A stretch of 64,000 nt of DNA from Octopus sinensis (GCF_006345805.1 NC_043009.1:51398001-51462000), one strand, 5' to 3'. Numbered from the stretch's first letter, positions 42,835-55,146 are shown. Numbers and translations: made by a program. The notes: generated by a model from the sequence alone, not told the origin.

Positions 42835-43025
42835 ACCGAAGTGATGCCATCGCCCACGTATTAACTACTTGGCTTTCATTCCATCCAGTCACTTTTTAGC
42901 GCAACACCAACCTTAGCTTTCGGAAATACTTCAGCTGCTCTTTCCTTTTCCATTATCTCGTTGAACTCCAGTACACCAAGGCATTTGTATCCTTCCGTTT
43001 CAGTTTGTTTAATCAAGTCTCTATT
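42835..43025 (-). mobile_element. R4/Dong-like LINE RT C-terminal fragment
   Basis: EGYKCLGVLEFNEIMEK...FRKLRLVLR...VVNTWAMASLRY, similar to YKYLG.LE...RR.R..L.SKLNG.N...AINTWA...LRY. Confidence 0.6.
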
Positions 43026-43074
43026 TGGTAATTCTATCCGTGATAGGGACTGTACCTTGCCTCTTTATGAGAGC

Positions 43075-43411
43075 CTCTTTATGAGAGCTCAAAATCTCTC
43101 GTGGAAGCGCCATCCAACCAAAATGCAAATATATGGGAAACTACCACCTGTGTCATCTCTTGTGAAAGGTAGGAGAGTCCAGTTTGCTGGACATTGTTGT
43201 AGAGCTGAAAAAGAGGTAATTTCTACTCTTCTCCTCGGAAGCCTTAGCGCAATACAGAGGGCGCAATACTCTCCTAGCCTGATGTAATCTCCAGGGATAC
43301 AAGCATCCAGCAACAGGACCTCCGTAATGCCATGATGGACCGTGAAGTCTGGCGTAGCATGGTAAATTTCATTGTCTCGATCACGGTCGAACAATGATGA
43401 TGATGATGATG
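43075..43411 (+). mobile_element. RTE-like LINE 3' end with (TGA)n tail
   Basis: LMRAQNLSWKRHPTKMQIYGKLPPVSSLVKGRRVQFAGHCCRAEKEVISTLLL ... QQDLRNAMMDREVWRSMV, then tgatgatgatgatgatg. Confidence 0.8.
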
Positions 43412-43618
43412 CCTCTTTTTAGGTAGATTATTCCGCACTTCTTGAGTCCAAATTCCATTCTAATATCAGTACTAAATCAATGGGCCATGTTCACCAACCA
43501 ACTCACCTGTGTTTTATATTTGCCATACAGTTTCATTTCATCCATGAAGAGGAGGTGGCTGATTGTTAGGTACTTTTCCTTTAGCTGGTACCCCAGGTTC
43601 ATCTTCCTTAGTACCAAT

Positions 43619-43683
<65 letters not shown>

Positions 43684-44108
43684 TACTACTACTACTACCA
43701 CTACTGCTGCTGCTGCTGCAACTACTACTATAATAATAATAATAATTATTATTATTATTATTATTATCATTATTATTATTATCATTATTATCATCATCAT
43801 CATCATTACTAAGACAATAAAAAGTACGTAATGCTACTTATAATAGATTGTTTATTTAACGGTCTGAACGATATTTGGACAGATCGTCTGTCGTCTTCAA
43901 TTTCAAAATGTATAATCAGAACTGCTGGAACAGGGGAATTAAAAATATAAGCGAAGAAATGTTATTTTGATATAATGATATCATCAGTTTTCTATTTTGC
44001 AACTGGTAAAAGGAAAAGAAAAGAGATAAAATAATATTCAGTCGAATAGTTTTGTGTAAATGCGATAAAATTCACCTGTCTTTTTATTCATTCCTTAAGC
44101 TCGTAATC

Positions 44109-44640
44109 TTAATAATTCATAATATGTGTCTTCTCAAGCATTTGGATGACTGAATGTGTAGTAGATTCAGAATATTTTCTGTGAATGAGCACAAAAATTG
44201 CAGCGCTTTGATGTTCCTCAAATTTGCTGCCCCTTGATGTAAAATGTTCAGCAAGTTCTATCGAACTACTGCTATTGTGCCTGACGTCACCCCTGTGTCC
44301 AGTGAATCTTTTGATTAATTGTTCTGCTGTACAACTAACATAAATCAAGTTGTGTTTGGTACATTTTGCTACGTACACCAACTGTGAATCGTTACGCGTC
44401 CTACCTTCTGTATAAATCATAACGTTTCTGTCATGATTCCTAAGGGAATTGACATGACTCACGTTGCTGCATAATGAATAGGGCTTACATCTCTCGTGGC
44501 AGTTTTTCAAGATGCAGCGTTCAGAAACTCTAATGGTAAATTTCTTGGAGTTAAGGGTAATAGTTAGAAAGTAGTACTAGAATTACCTCACAAATTCCCA
44601 GCGTTAAACATTCCGTCTTCTAGCAAATAATGACTGTATT
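44109..44640 (-). mobile_element. Penelope-like GIY-YIG endonuclease remnant
   Basis: CKPYSLCSNV...LVYVAKCTKHNLIYVSCTAEQLIKRFTGHRGDV...ELAEHF = VY...C..C...Y.G.T...L..RF..H GIY-YIG signature (ORF 44109-44510). Confidence 0.8.
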
Positions 44641-44987
44641 TGTTATGGCGAGAATCATAACAACCATTGTGAGACTGGACTAGTCGAACTCGTATAGTTA
44701 GCAGCGTATTTGACGGAGAGCGAGAGACGAGAAATCGCAGTAAGTCGAAAGGTGTCGTCGTGAGTTCGCGGAGTCGTAGGAAATTATTGAGAAGTTGTTA
44801 TATTTGGTTGAGAGTTGTTTTTGGATTGGCTTCAACTGTTGACCGAGTATTTGAGAATTCATCAAGTGAAGACGTTTGATTTTTTACCCTGTTCCGTGTA
44901 GTGCACGATGCTCAGGTTGCATATACAGATGCTAAGGTGACATATACGATGCTAAGGGGACATATACGGAAAGCATGTTATAAAACT

Positions 44988-45575
44988 ATTGTTATTAAAA
45001 TGGCGGATAATGGAGGCCCTATTGTAATTAAGGACAAGAGTGAGTATATTTCGATCTAGGAAGAAGTTTTATATAAGAAAACTTCATGCGAAGAATTACC
45101 TGTCGATCCAAATCCCAATTACAGAGGACAACTGGAAATGGGAGAAAACAATTTCATAAGACTGAATCCAGAATTTTACGGTCAGAACAAAGAACACCTA
45201 TATTTTTTGGTCTCCCCAAAATATACATATTCGGAAGATTTCCTCCAATGCGCCTAATTTGCAGCGGATATGAATGTTGTAATGCCAACATTTCAGTGTG
45301 GCTGGATGGCTTTCTTCTCCTTGGAGGTAAAAGATCAATTTTTTAATATTTGGGATACTTTTCATTTCATGTCCAAAATGAACAACATTTTTAAGCACCG
45401 ATGCCATGACGAAAACTAGCTTTTGGTAAACATGGATGTTTCTTCACTATATCTCAATATTGACCACGACGAATGGATGGAAGCATATATGAATGCCTAC
45501 GAAAAACGGTGAAAAAAAATATTCCATCTAATTTTCTCTGCAAGTTATTGAAGTTTGTTACGAAGTAACACAATT
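44988..45575 (+). mobile_element. Penelope-like reverse transcriptase fragment (frameshifted)
   Basis: IVIKMADNGGPIVIKDKSEYI; RTPIFFGLPKIY...PPMRLICSG; LVNMDVSSLYLNIDHDEWMEAY; KLLKFVTK*HN. Confidence 0.85.
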
Positions 45576-45579
45576 AATA

Positions 45580-45675
45580 TTATTTACATTTGACGGATAT
45601 TTGTCTTCATCTTGTTTGTTGTTAACACAACGTTTCGGCTGATATATCCTCCTGGGTTCTCATTCCTAAGGTATT
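45580..45675 (-). mobile_element. PLE pLTR fragment, family A (HHR 5' half deleted)
   Basis: Near-identical to 59060-59185 but lacks the tcatcagg (CTGATGA) segment. Confidence 0.65.
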
Positions 45676-45683
45676 CCTAAGTA

Positions 45684-45719
<36 letters not shown>

Positions 45720-45751
45720 TATTATTATTATTATTATTATTATATTATTAA

Positions 45752-45789
<38 letters not shown>

Positions 45790-46252
45790 TCACTACTTGG
45801 AATCGAATTCGAAATGTCACTTTTCAAAATTTGGAGTGACCAGCTGGGTTTGCCATTTCTAAAAGCCAGGTACCATTTACTATTGAAAGACTGACCAGCT
45901 GCAAAGATATCAACAAATTTTTTCTTCTTTCTCTCCTTCTTCTTGCTTTCCTTCTCTTTTTCTTTTACATTTCTTTCAGATACAAACACACACACACGTT
46001 CTTTCTCTCACTTTCTCCCCATTCCTCACCCTCTTGTACTATCTTATATCTCTCCCCACCCCTGCACACTCAATAATAATATTAAAAGAGACAAAATTCC
46101 TGAAAAAGTTCAATTTGACAACTCCACTAGAGTAGACGAAAGCGCTAATATATGATATATGATTTATAAAAACACGTAACATACTAATAAACATCTGTAA
46201 ATATAAAACCATCCAGATTTTTCTATACCTCATTTCTTCTCACATGAGATCA

Positions 46253-46514
46253 CGAGATCACGTGCCAGACCAGGCTATCAGATGTTGCTATACATCGCCG
46301 GTCACAATGCGCTTCGCATTGTTTTGGCCCTCAAATGACGCCACCCCGCTGGCTAATCGAGCAGGTCAACAGAAGAAAGAGTGAGAGAAAGTTGCGGCGA
46401 AAGAGTACAGCAAGAATAGCTCAAGAAACACTCACAACGCCCGGTCTGGAAATCGAAACCGTGATCCTACGACTGCGAGTCCGTTGCCCTAACCACTGGG
46501 CCATTGCGCCCCCA
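46253..46514 (-). mobile_element. S2 SINE (tail type 1) with an internal deletion
   Basis: gatcacgtgccagaccagg...aaatgacgccaccccgctggc...aaccactgggccattgcgcccc. Confidence 0.85.
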
Positions 46515-46516
46515 CA

Positions 46517-46547
<31 letters not shown>

Positions 46548-46565
46548 GTTATATATATATAGTAA

Positions 46566-46626
<61 letters not shown>

Positions 46627-46730
46627 TTGTGTGTATACATACATGTATATATATATATTATATATATATATCTATATATATATATATATATAATATACAT
46701 ATATATATTATATTATATATATATATATTA

Positions 46731-46768
<38 letters not shown>

Positions 46769-47240
46769 TTAATATATATATATATACTTACACACACACA
46801 TATAAATTTTTTTTGCTTCAGTTACTTTACTGCGCCCATACTTGGGCTCCGCCTAATAAAGTTGTAATCTAACTCTTTAATTCCAATATTGCTTTGTTTT
46901 AAATCCTGTCTCCTTCACTGTCAGGAACGTAAGAAAAGTTTCTTCCTTTTCCATTCTGTACTAATTTTCTCACTTATTTTAACATTCACCGGCACATAGG
47001 TTTCTTGCCCTATTTTCTTCTCTGTCTGTTCCTTATCCAAATCTGTGTCGTTCACTATTTATTTAATGTTTTGAATCTTTGCGTTTCTCCATTCACGACT
47101 ACCATTTCATCCTTTCCTTTTTCCTCTTTATTTCCCCCATATTGTTTCTTTATCTTTCAGTATGTCTGACACACTTCCTCTATTTACGTCTATTTACGAC
47201 ACTCTCTCCCTCCTTCTGCATTTCTCTACCTCTACGTATA

Positions 47241-47309
<69 letters not shown>

Positions 47310-47781
47310 TACATATGTGCGTGTGTTTGTGCGTGTTTTCGTTTCTATGTCTGTGTATTTGTGTGTATTTATATTTGCATGTATTTGCGTATGCGTGTAT
47401 ACGCGTATATATACACTCATACGTATATATCTATATATATTTATATATACATACCGCCCCACACACACGTATTTATATATATATACACATACATACATAC
47501 ATACATACATACATACATACATACATACGTACATATATATATACCAACGTGTTTTTATACACGTATGTGTTTATGAATATATTAAAATGTAAGCAAACAT
47601 TCTTGGTTCAATCAAAATATTTGAAAAACGGAAAGACGTTTTTAATTAACAATCATTAATTATGTAAAAGAATCTTTAAAATGCAGACAAACAAATCAAC
47701 ACAGACGTCGGAGAAACGTTTTTATGTGTGCTTTCGTTTGCTTATCTTTACAAACACACATGATATAAAACAAGATTTTCT

Positions 47782-49116
47782 TATTTCTTTACTACCCACA
47801 AGAGACTACGCAGAGAGGGGACAAACAAGGACAAACAAACGGATTAAGTCGGTTATATCGACTACAGTGCGTAACTGGTACTTATTTAATCGACCCCAAG
47901 AGGATGAAAGGCAAAGTCAACCCCGTCGAAATTTGAACTCAGAACGTTACGGCAGACGAAATACCTATTTCTTTACTGCCCACAAGGAGCTTAACCCAGA
48001 GGAGACAAACAAAGACAGACAGACGGATTAAGTCGTTTAGATTGACCCCAGTGCGTAACTGGTACTTAATTTATCGACCCCGAAAGGATGAAAGGCAAAG
48101 TTAACCTCGGCGGAATTTGAACTCAGAACGTAGCAGCAGAAGAAATACCTATTTCTTTACTACCCACAAGGGGCTTAACCCAAAGAGGACAAACAAGGAC
48201 AGACAAACGGATTAAGTCGATTATATCGACTCCAGTGCGTAACTGGTACTTATTTAATCGACCCCGAAAGGATCAAAGGCAAAGTCAACCTCGTCGGAAT
48301 TTGAACTCAGAACGTAGTAGCAGACGAAATACCTATTTCTTTACTACCCACAAGGGGCTTAACCCAGAGAGGACAAACAAGGACAAACAAACGGATTAAG
48401 TCGGTTATATCGACTACAGTGCGTAACTGGTACTTATTTAATCGACCCCGAGGGGATGAAAACCAAAGTCAACCTCGTCGGAATTTGAACTCAGAACGTT
48501 ACGGCAGACGAAATACCTATTTCTTTACTGCCCACAAGGAGCTTAATCCAGAGGAGACAAACAAGGACTGACAGACGGATTAAGTCGTTTAGATTGACCC
48601 CAGTGCGTAACTGGTACTTAATTTATCGACCCCGAAAGGATGAAAGGCAAAGTTAACCTCGGCGGAATTTGAACTCAGAACGTAGCAGCAGAAGAAATAC
48701 CTATTTCTTTACTACCCACAAGGGGCTTAACCCAAAGAGGACAAACAAGGACAGACAAACGGATTAAGTCGATTATATCGACTCCAGTGCGTAATGGTAC
48801 TTATTTAATCGACCCCGAAGGATCAAAGGCAAAGTCAACCTCGTCGGAATTTGAAATGAACGTTAGACTAGCAGACGAAATACCTATTTCTTTACTACCC
48901 ACAAGGGGCTTAACCCAGAGAGGACAAACAAGGACAGACAAACGGATTAAGTCGATTATATCGACTCCAGTGCGTAACTGGTACTTATTTAATCGACCCT
49001 GAAAGGATGAAAGGCAAAGTCGACCTCGGCGAAATTTGAACTCAGAACGTAACGGCAGGCGAAATACCGCTAAATATTTCCCCTGGCGTGCTAACGTTTC
49101 TGCCAGCTCGCCGCCT
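47782..49116 (-). repeat. S4 SINE with 7 tandem 184-bp units, bounded by 16-bp TSD TAAAACAAGATTTTCT
   Basis: Units start at ~47782, 47964, 48148, 48332, 48516, 48700 and 48883. There is a single complete head at 49116. TSD at 47766-47781 and 49117-49132. Confidence 0.9.
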
Positions 49117-49444
49117 TAAAACAAGATTTTCTATGATATTATCTGTGTTGTAGTAATTGCGTGCTGTAGCGGTTGTCAATGATTCCCTCTATTCTAATAT
49201 TGGCTTCAATTCCTGTCCAGCAGTTTCAGGGAAGATGCTAAGACGATTAGTTAAACCGCCAGTGTTCAACTAGTTCTTGTTTTAATCGACTCCGAAATGA
49301 TAAGACAGAGTCGATCACGATATAAATCTGAACCCAGGAAGTAGCGACGGCCGAATTATCACTAAGCATGTTATCTGGCGCTCTAACAATTCTGCCAGTT
49401 CACTGCCTTTTTCCTTACCCTAATATTGTTTGCTCCTTCTCGTG

Positions 49445-49712
49445 CCACACCTGGCTCATAAGGGCCGTTTTCCCGGTTTTCCTGGCGTATAGGTTCCCCA
49501 ACTGGACAGGACGCCGGTCCGTCGCACAGGTGAGCTGCAAGAGGCAGAAGGAAAGAGAAAGTTGTGGCGAAAGATTCAGCAAAAGTTCACCATTACTTTC
49601 TGCCGGAGCCGCGTGGAGCTTAGGTGTTTCGCTCATAAATATACACATCGCCCTGTCTGAGAATCGAACCCGCGAATCCGCTGCGCTAACCGCAAGGCCA
49701 TGTGCCTCCACT
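49445..49712 (-). mobile_element. S2 SINE (tail type 2), diverged
   Basis: ggctcataagggccgttttcccggtttt...ccggagccgcgtggagctt...gcaaggccatgtgcctcc. Confidence 0.75.
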
Positions 49713-50364
49713 ACCCTTATATTAAAGTATTATACTTCAGTCCCGATAATCACTTTTATCTAGGAATCTCTGAAACAACTTAAAGAAATATATCACCTTT
49801 TACCTGGAGATGTTCAAAACTGTTATTCATCCTTTCGGCTTGTGCAGCCACAGAGACGTGCAATTGTCGGCTGTGATAAGAGTTTAAGGAACTTGCGTTA
49901 TTCTATGTGTAATCTCTTACTTTAGGCCTATATATATATCATTGATGAAATCCATATTACTTCCTACGTTGACCCAAAGATCTACAAACGTCCATCATGT
50001 TTGTGTTGATGTGTTTTGTTTTTCTAATTCTATTTCATAATTAACTTATATTTGGTTTATTTGGCATCTGCCATGCTGGGACACCGACGTGAATGGATTA
50101 GTCGAAGAATTTATTCAGAGTACTTATTTTGATTTGGATCTGGAATTCTTCCATCAATTCTCTTTTAGACGAACTGCTATCTTGCGAGGACGTACACAGA
50201 CCAAGACCGGTTGCTAAGCGATGGTAGTAGAACCGACCAACAAAGAAAAGAGACAGACACTTAGATATATAGATACTTACACCCACCCCACACACACACT
50301 CACACACAAACACGCACACATACGCCATGTTGATTCGTTAGTTACTGCACGCATTTTTTTCTCT

Positions 50365-50530
50365 TCTTTCTGTGTTTTTTTTCTCTCTGTGTATCTTTCT
50401 GTTGAAGAGCGCAGGCTCGAAACGTTAAAGACTTGTTTTATTTATATTTCCTGAGCGCCATACTAATACGATTGTTTGTTTGTTTTCCACCTGCCTTCGT
50501 CTTTTGTCTATTTTCATAAAGCTTCCCGTT
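50365..50530 (+). mobile_element. PLE-terminus-like element, family B
   Basis: Homologous to 6148-6330; ends aagcttcccg then (TA)n. Confidence 0.65.
50394..50431 (+). ncRNA. Minimal type I hammerhead-like motif with variant core (CUGUUGA)
   Basis: ucuuu CUGUUGA A GAGC gcag GCUC GAAA CG U U aaaga: perfect 5-bp helix I, 4-bp helix II, loopless palindromic helix III (AACGUU), GUU triplet; A6 replaced by U. Confidence 0.55.
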
Positions 50531-50582
50531 ATATATATGTATATATGTATATGGACATTTCTCTCTCCTGTATGTCTATATA

Positions 50583-50616
<34 letters not shown>

Positions 50617-50749
50617 TGTGAGTGCTCCAGCATGGCCACAACCTTGGGGCTGAAACGTGTAAAACAATAAATGAATACATACATACATGCATATACACAC
50701 ACACACACACACACAACACACACACACATATATATATATATACGACTGG

Positions 50750-51590
50750 TTTTTAATGAAAATTTTCAAAAAGCCTTTCAAAAATTTTGATGGAAATTTT
50801 CAAGAAACTTTAAAAAAATTTTGATGAAAATTTTCAAAAAACCTTGAAAAATTTGTGATGAAAATTTTGATGAAAATTTTCAAAAATTTTGACGAAAATT
50901 TTCAGAAATTTTGATCAAAACTTTCAAAAAATTTTTCAACAATTTTGATCAAAATTTTTAAAACTTTTGATCAAAATTTTAAAAACTTTTGATCAAAATT
51001 TTCAAAAAACCTTTCAAAATTTGTGATGAAAATTTTGAAAAAAATTTTCAGAAATTTTGATGAAAATTTTCAAAAAACTTTTCAAAAAGTTCGATAAAAA
51101 TTTTCAAAAAACTTTCCAAAATTTTGATGAAAATTTTCGAAAAACCTTTCGAAATTTGTGAAGAAAATTTTGAGAAAAATTTTCAGAAATGTTGATAAAA
51201 GTTTTAAACTACTTTGATGAAAATTTTCAAAAAAATTTCCAAAGTTTGATGAAAATTTTCAGAAAAATTTTCAGAAATTTTGATGAAATTTTTCAAAGAA
51301 ACTTTTCAAAAATTTTCATGAAAATTTTATAAAAGTTTTTTTTAATTTTTCATCAAAATTTTTGAAAAGTTTTTTGAAAATTTTAATCAAAGATTTTGAT
51401 AATTTTCATTAATTTTTTGAAAATTTTTTGTAAATTTTCATGAAAACTTTTGAAAAGGTTTAGAAAATTTTCACCAAAATTTCTGAAATGTTTTCTGAAA
51501 ATTTTCATCAAAATTTTAGAAAGTTTTTTGAAAATTTTCATCAAAATTTTGAAATCTTTTCTGAAAATTTTCATCAAATATTTCAAATAT
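50750..51590. repeat. A4T4-rich minisatellite (~32-bp unit AAAATTTTGATGAAAATTTTCAAAAAACTTTC) that reverses orientation at 51318/51319
   Basis: Left part reads ...TTGATGAAAATTTTC..., right part ...GAAAATTTTCATCAA...; the switch point is the perfect palindrome aaaattttcatgaaaatttt (51309-51328). Confidence 0.8.
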
Positions 51591-54008
51591 TATGACTAAA
51601 CCCGAAGCGACATGCTTCGTAGGAAAGCTTTTTAACTACACAGCCACGACTATACCTGATTAATAATTTTTGACAGAGAAAAAATCCTTCATTTCCAAGT
51701 ATTTTCACTAAGCTAAAGTTTCTTAAAGATATGCGAATGGTTCATATCTTACCATTTTGACGATTTCCTCAAATGAAATTTTATAAGAAAATGCTGGGAC
51801 GGAAACATACAAAGATCACTTATTCAAATTTATGGACAAACATAATCTTAGATAAATACCTTGTTGCATGAATACAGAAAACAGGAAACCACCAATGATA
51901 TACAACTGTAATACACAGACAGAGATGAATGCGTGATTCTAACAACTTGATAGTCGTGAACCATTAATATTGCCTGAAGTTGCTAGAGATAATAGCCACA
52001 ATCTCATTTACATCAAATCATACTATATCACCTTTGCAAAAGGAAGGATGTGTGTGATAAAATATGTCTGAATAAAATAGGACTTTTGTTATTGGTATGC
52101 TCGACCTGGGGTTAAACAACAACAGCAAACACTAATAATATCAAGCAAAACAAATATAGAGACAGTTATAGAGACAAATATGATTTAGCCCTATCCAAAT
52201 AAATGACCTAAGCTGAATGTTGATTTAAAATATTCTAATCATGATATGTTATTAATTATTGGAATAACCAAATTAATAACATGACTTAAACCTCTTCAAA
52301 ATCAACTTTATCGTATTGTTCTTGTTATCGACGTCGCTGCCGAAGTCGTCGCCGTCGTTGTAGCAGTTGCCCTGAAAGTATTTCTCTGTTGCATTTGGAA
52401 TGATGTGGCAGTATGGCTTCACCTTGTAGTGTCTTGAGAATTTAAACTTCTTGGAGAGGCGAAAACATGGCCACGGGGATTAGTTTGGTAAAGTAATTTC
52501 CATTGCATTCGGAATAGAATTCTATTATTGACCATTCCTATATTGTCATCGATGTATTCTACTTTCCATAACAGGGGAAAATATATTATGTCAGAAAAAT
52601 ATTATCATAGACATGGCTTATTGAACTGCTAGAAATAACAGCTAAATCTTTCTAACTTTGCCCACCATCGACACATGAAATAATCTTAAATAATCTTTGA
52701 AAGCAATTAAAACGATAGGTGGGTTACAGCTGGATCACCGTTGAGAGTAGATTGAATATGCGCAGGAGCGGTTGAGTAGTTGAAAAGCTTGCCCCAACTC
52801 AATGTGTTCTTTAATTCAGTTCCTCTGCGTAGTATCTTGGGTAACTGTCTTCTAATCTAGCTTCTTGCCGACGAAACACTGTGTTTGGTACAACTATCAT
52901 ACGAATTTATTTTATCAAGAAATGGCAACATTGTCATCAACATTTTTTTTTAAATCAAGAATATAAATTTGTGAAGAGTTGAAATTATTTCTCTAACAGT
53001 TTTAAATATCCTAATGCAGTAATTTTCTGTTCACAACCGATAAAACACAAACACATCCAAATAAAGATGAATCCTGAACCAGTTTCGCGGATTATTCACC
53101 AGATCTTTATAGTTTACGTTCTAGGGTTTCACTACAAAATCCAAATCTTCGCTACTCGCGAGGGTAATCCGAAAACGTTTTAGTAATGTTACCATATTTT
53201 ATTATAAAACGGTATTATTTTTTAAGCGTTTTTTTTTCATTACCTGTGACCCTCTCGGCGCCCTTTTAATGGCAAATCCAGTACAGTTTTTCTGGAAACT
53301 GTTGTTTGTCGCTGTTTTAAATACTCTGGAGAGTTACTGCCGACTGTTTTTCTTCACTGAAGAAATAACAAATTCGGTTTTGTGTCCTCTGTACTTTGCG
53401 GTCGTTCTTGGCCGTTCAGACCCGTTATTTCTTGTTGTTAGGCAGATTATCTGTAAGCATTGAAATGTTATATTTATGGTAAGCAGAATAGTAGGATTTT
53501 TCTTAAGCGGAAACTGGTGGATGTTGAAATATGTTGTTCTTACTAATCAAAGAAGAGTTATTTGTTTTTTAATACCCAAATCACCATGAATTCTCAGTTT
53601 TATTTAAAAATATATTTAACATTAAAATAAAAAAACAAAAAGAAAAACAGCATGGCTTTATTTTGATATCCAACAGAGCTATTTCAGCTCAGTTTTCGGT
53701 TTGCACGTTAAAAGAAACTTCTTGTATACTTCCACTAAAAAGAAACCTTAAAGTACTCTTCTCGATATTTTAAATAACTTTTCCAAACGTTTTTCTTTTT
53801 TCCCCAATTTAAAGCAAGATGATCGCCAATTCCAATTTCCAATTCACACAATTTTAATCGTTCCTATATTGACTTAAACATTAATTTCTCAGTGTTAACG
53901 TTAAACTAGATTTTTTAAATCTTGCTTCAATTTTCTACTTACGGCTATATGCATAATATTGTAAGATAAGGTTTTCTACTGAAAGGTTCTATTAGATATA
54001 TATATACA

Positions 54009-54423
54009 GGCGCAGGAGTTGCTGTGTGGTAAGTAGCTTGCTTACCAACCACATGGTTCCGGGTTCAGTCCCACTGCGTGACACCTTGGGCAAGTGTCTT
54101 CTACTATGGCTTCGGGCCGACCAAAGCCTTGTGAGTGGATTTGGTAGACGGAAACTGAAAGAAGCCCGTCGTATATATGTATATATATATGTGTGTGCGT
54201 GTATGTTTGTGTGTCTGTGTTTGTTCCCCTAGCATTGCTTCACAACCGATGCTGGTGTGTTTATGTCCCCGTCACTTAGCAGTTCGGCAAAAGAGACCGA
54301 AAGAATAAGTACTGGGCTTACAAAGAATAAGTCTAGGGATCGAGTTGCTCGACTAAAGGCGGTGCTCCAGCATGGCCGCAGTCAACTGACTGAAACAAGT
54401 AAAAGAGTAAAGAGTAAAGAGTA
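54009..54423 (+). mobile_element. S1 SINE, full length
   Basis: Complete consensus match. Confidence 0.9.
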
Positions 54424-54717
54424 TATGGGGTTGAACTAATATAACAATATATACAAGTAACTTCTAGGTTTCAACATATATAATGTCCATTAACGTAATA
54501 CATTTAGAAAGACGTTTGTCTCGTAGATAGATAGATATGGATGCTGCAGAGAGAGATAGCAGTTTAGCTAACAATCAAATTGTTATTACAAACATAGTTT
54601 TCCTTGATGAACAGCAACATTAAAAGTGAGCTGGACATGATTCAAATGCAATGAAGGTCTATCAGTGTAATTATATCATTGAAACAATTCGTTTAGATAT
54701 TTTCGGCAGTTTCGGCA

Positions 54718-54882
54718 GGCGCAGGAGTGGCTGTGTGGTAAGTAGCCTGCTTACCAACCACATGGTTCCGGGTTCAGTCCCACTGCGTGGCATCTTGGGC
54801 AAGTGTCTTCTGCTATAGCCTCGGGCCGACCAATGCCTTGTGAGTGGATTTGGTAGACGGAAACTGAAAGAGGCCTGTCGTA

Positions 54883-54927
<45 letters not shown>

Positions 54928-55146
54928 GAGTGTGTTTGTGTATCTGTGTTTGTTCCCCTAGCATTGCTTGACAACCGATGCCGGTGTGTTTACGTCCCCG
55001 TCACTTAGCGGTTCAGCAAAAAGAGACCGATAGAATAAGTACTGGGCTTACAAAAAGAATAAGTCCCGGGGTCGGTTTGCTCGACTAAAGGCGGTGCTCC
55101 AGTATGGCCGCAGTCAAATGACTGAAACTAGTAAGAGAGTAAAGAG
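54718..55146 (+). mobile_element. S1 SINE, full length
   Basis: Complete consensus match. Confidence 0.9.

Noticed and set aside
42318-42857. Poly-E and poly-R ORFs
   Set aside because: They are reverse translations of (CTT)n microsatellites.
47782-49116. Regularly spaced repeats as a CRISPR array
   Set aside because: Units are full 184-bp repeats with no unique spacers, they derive from a SINE, no cas genes are present, and the context is eukaryotic.
53269-53463. 64-aa ORF with a signal-peptide-like start as a CDS
   Set aside because: It is short, has no recognisable domain, and hydrophobicity is expected from T-rich DNA. Kept only as a low-interest candidate.
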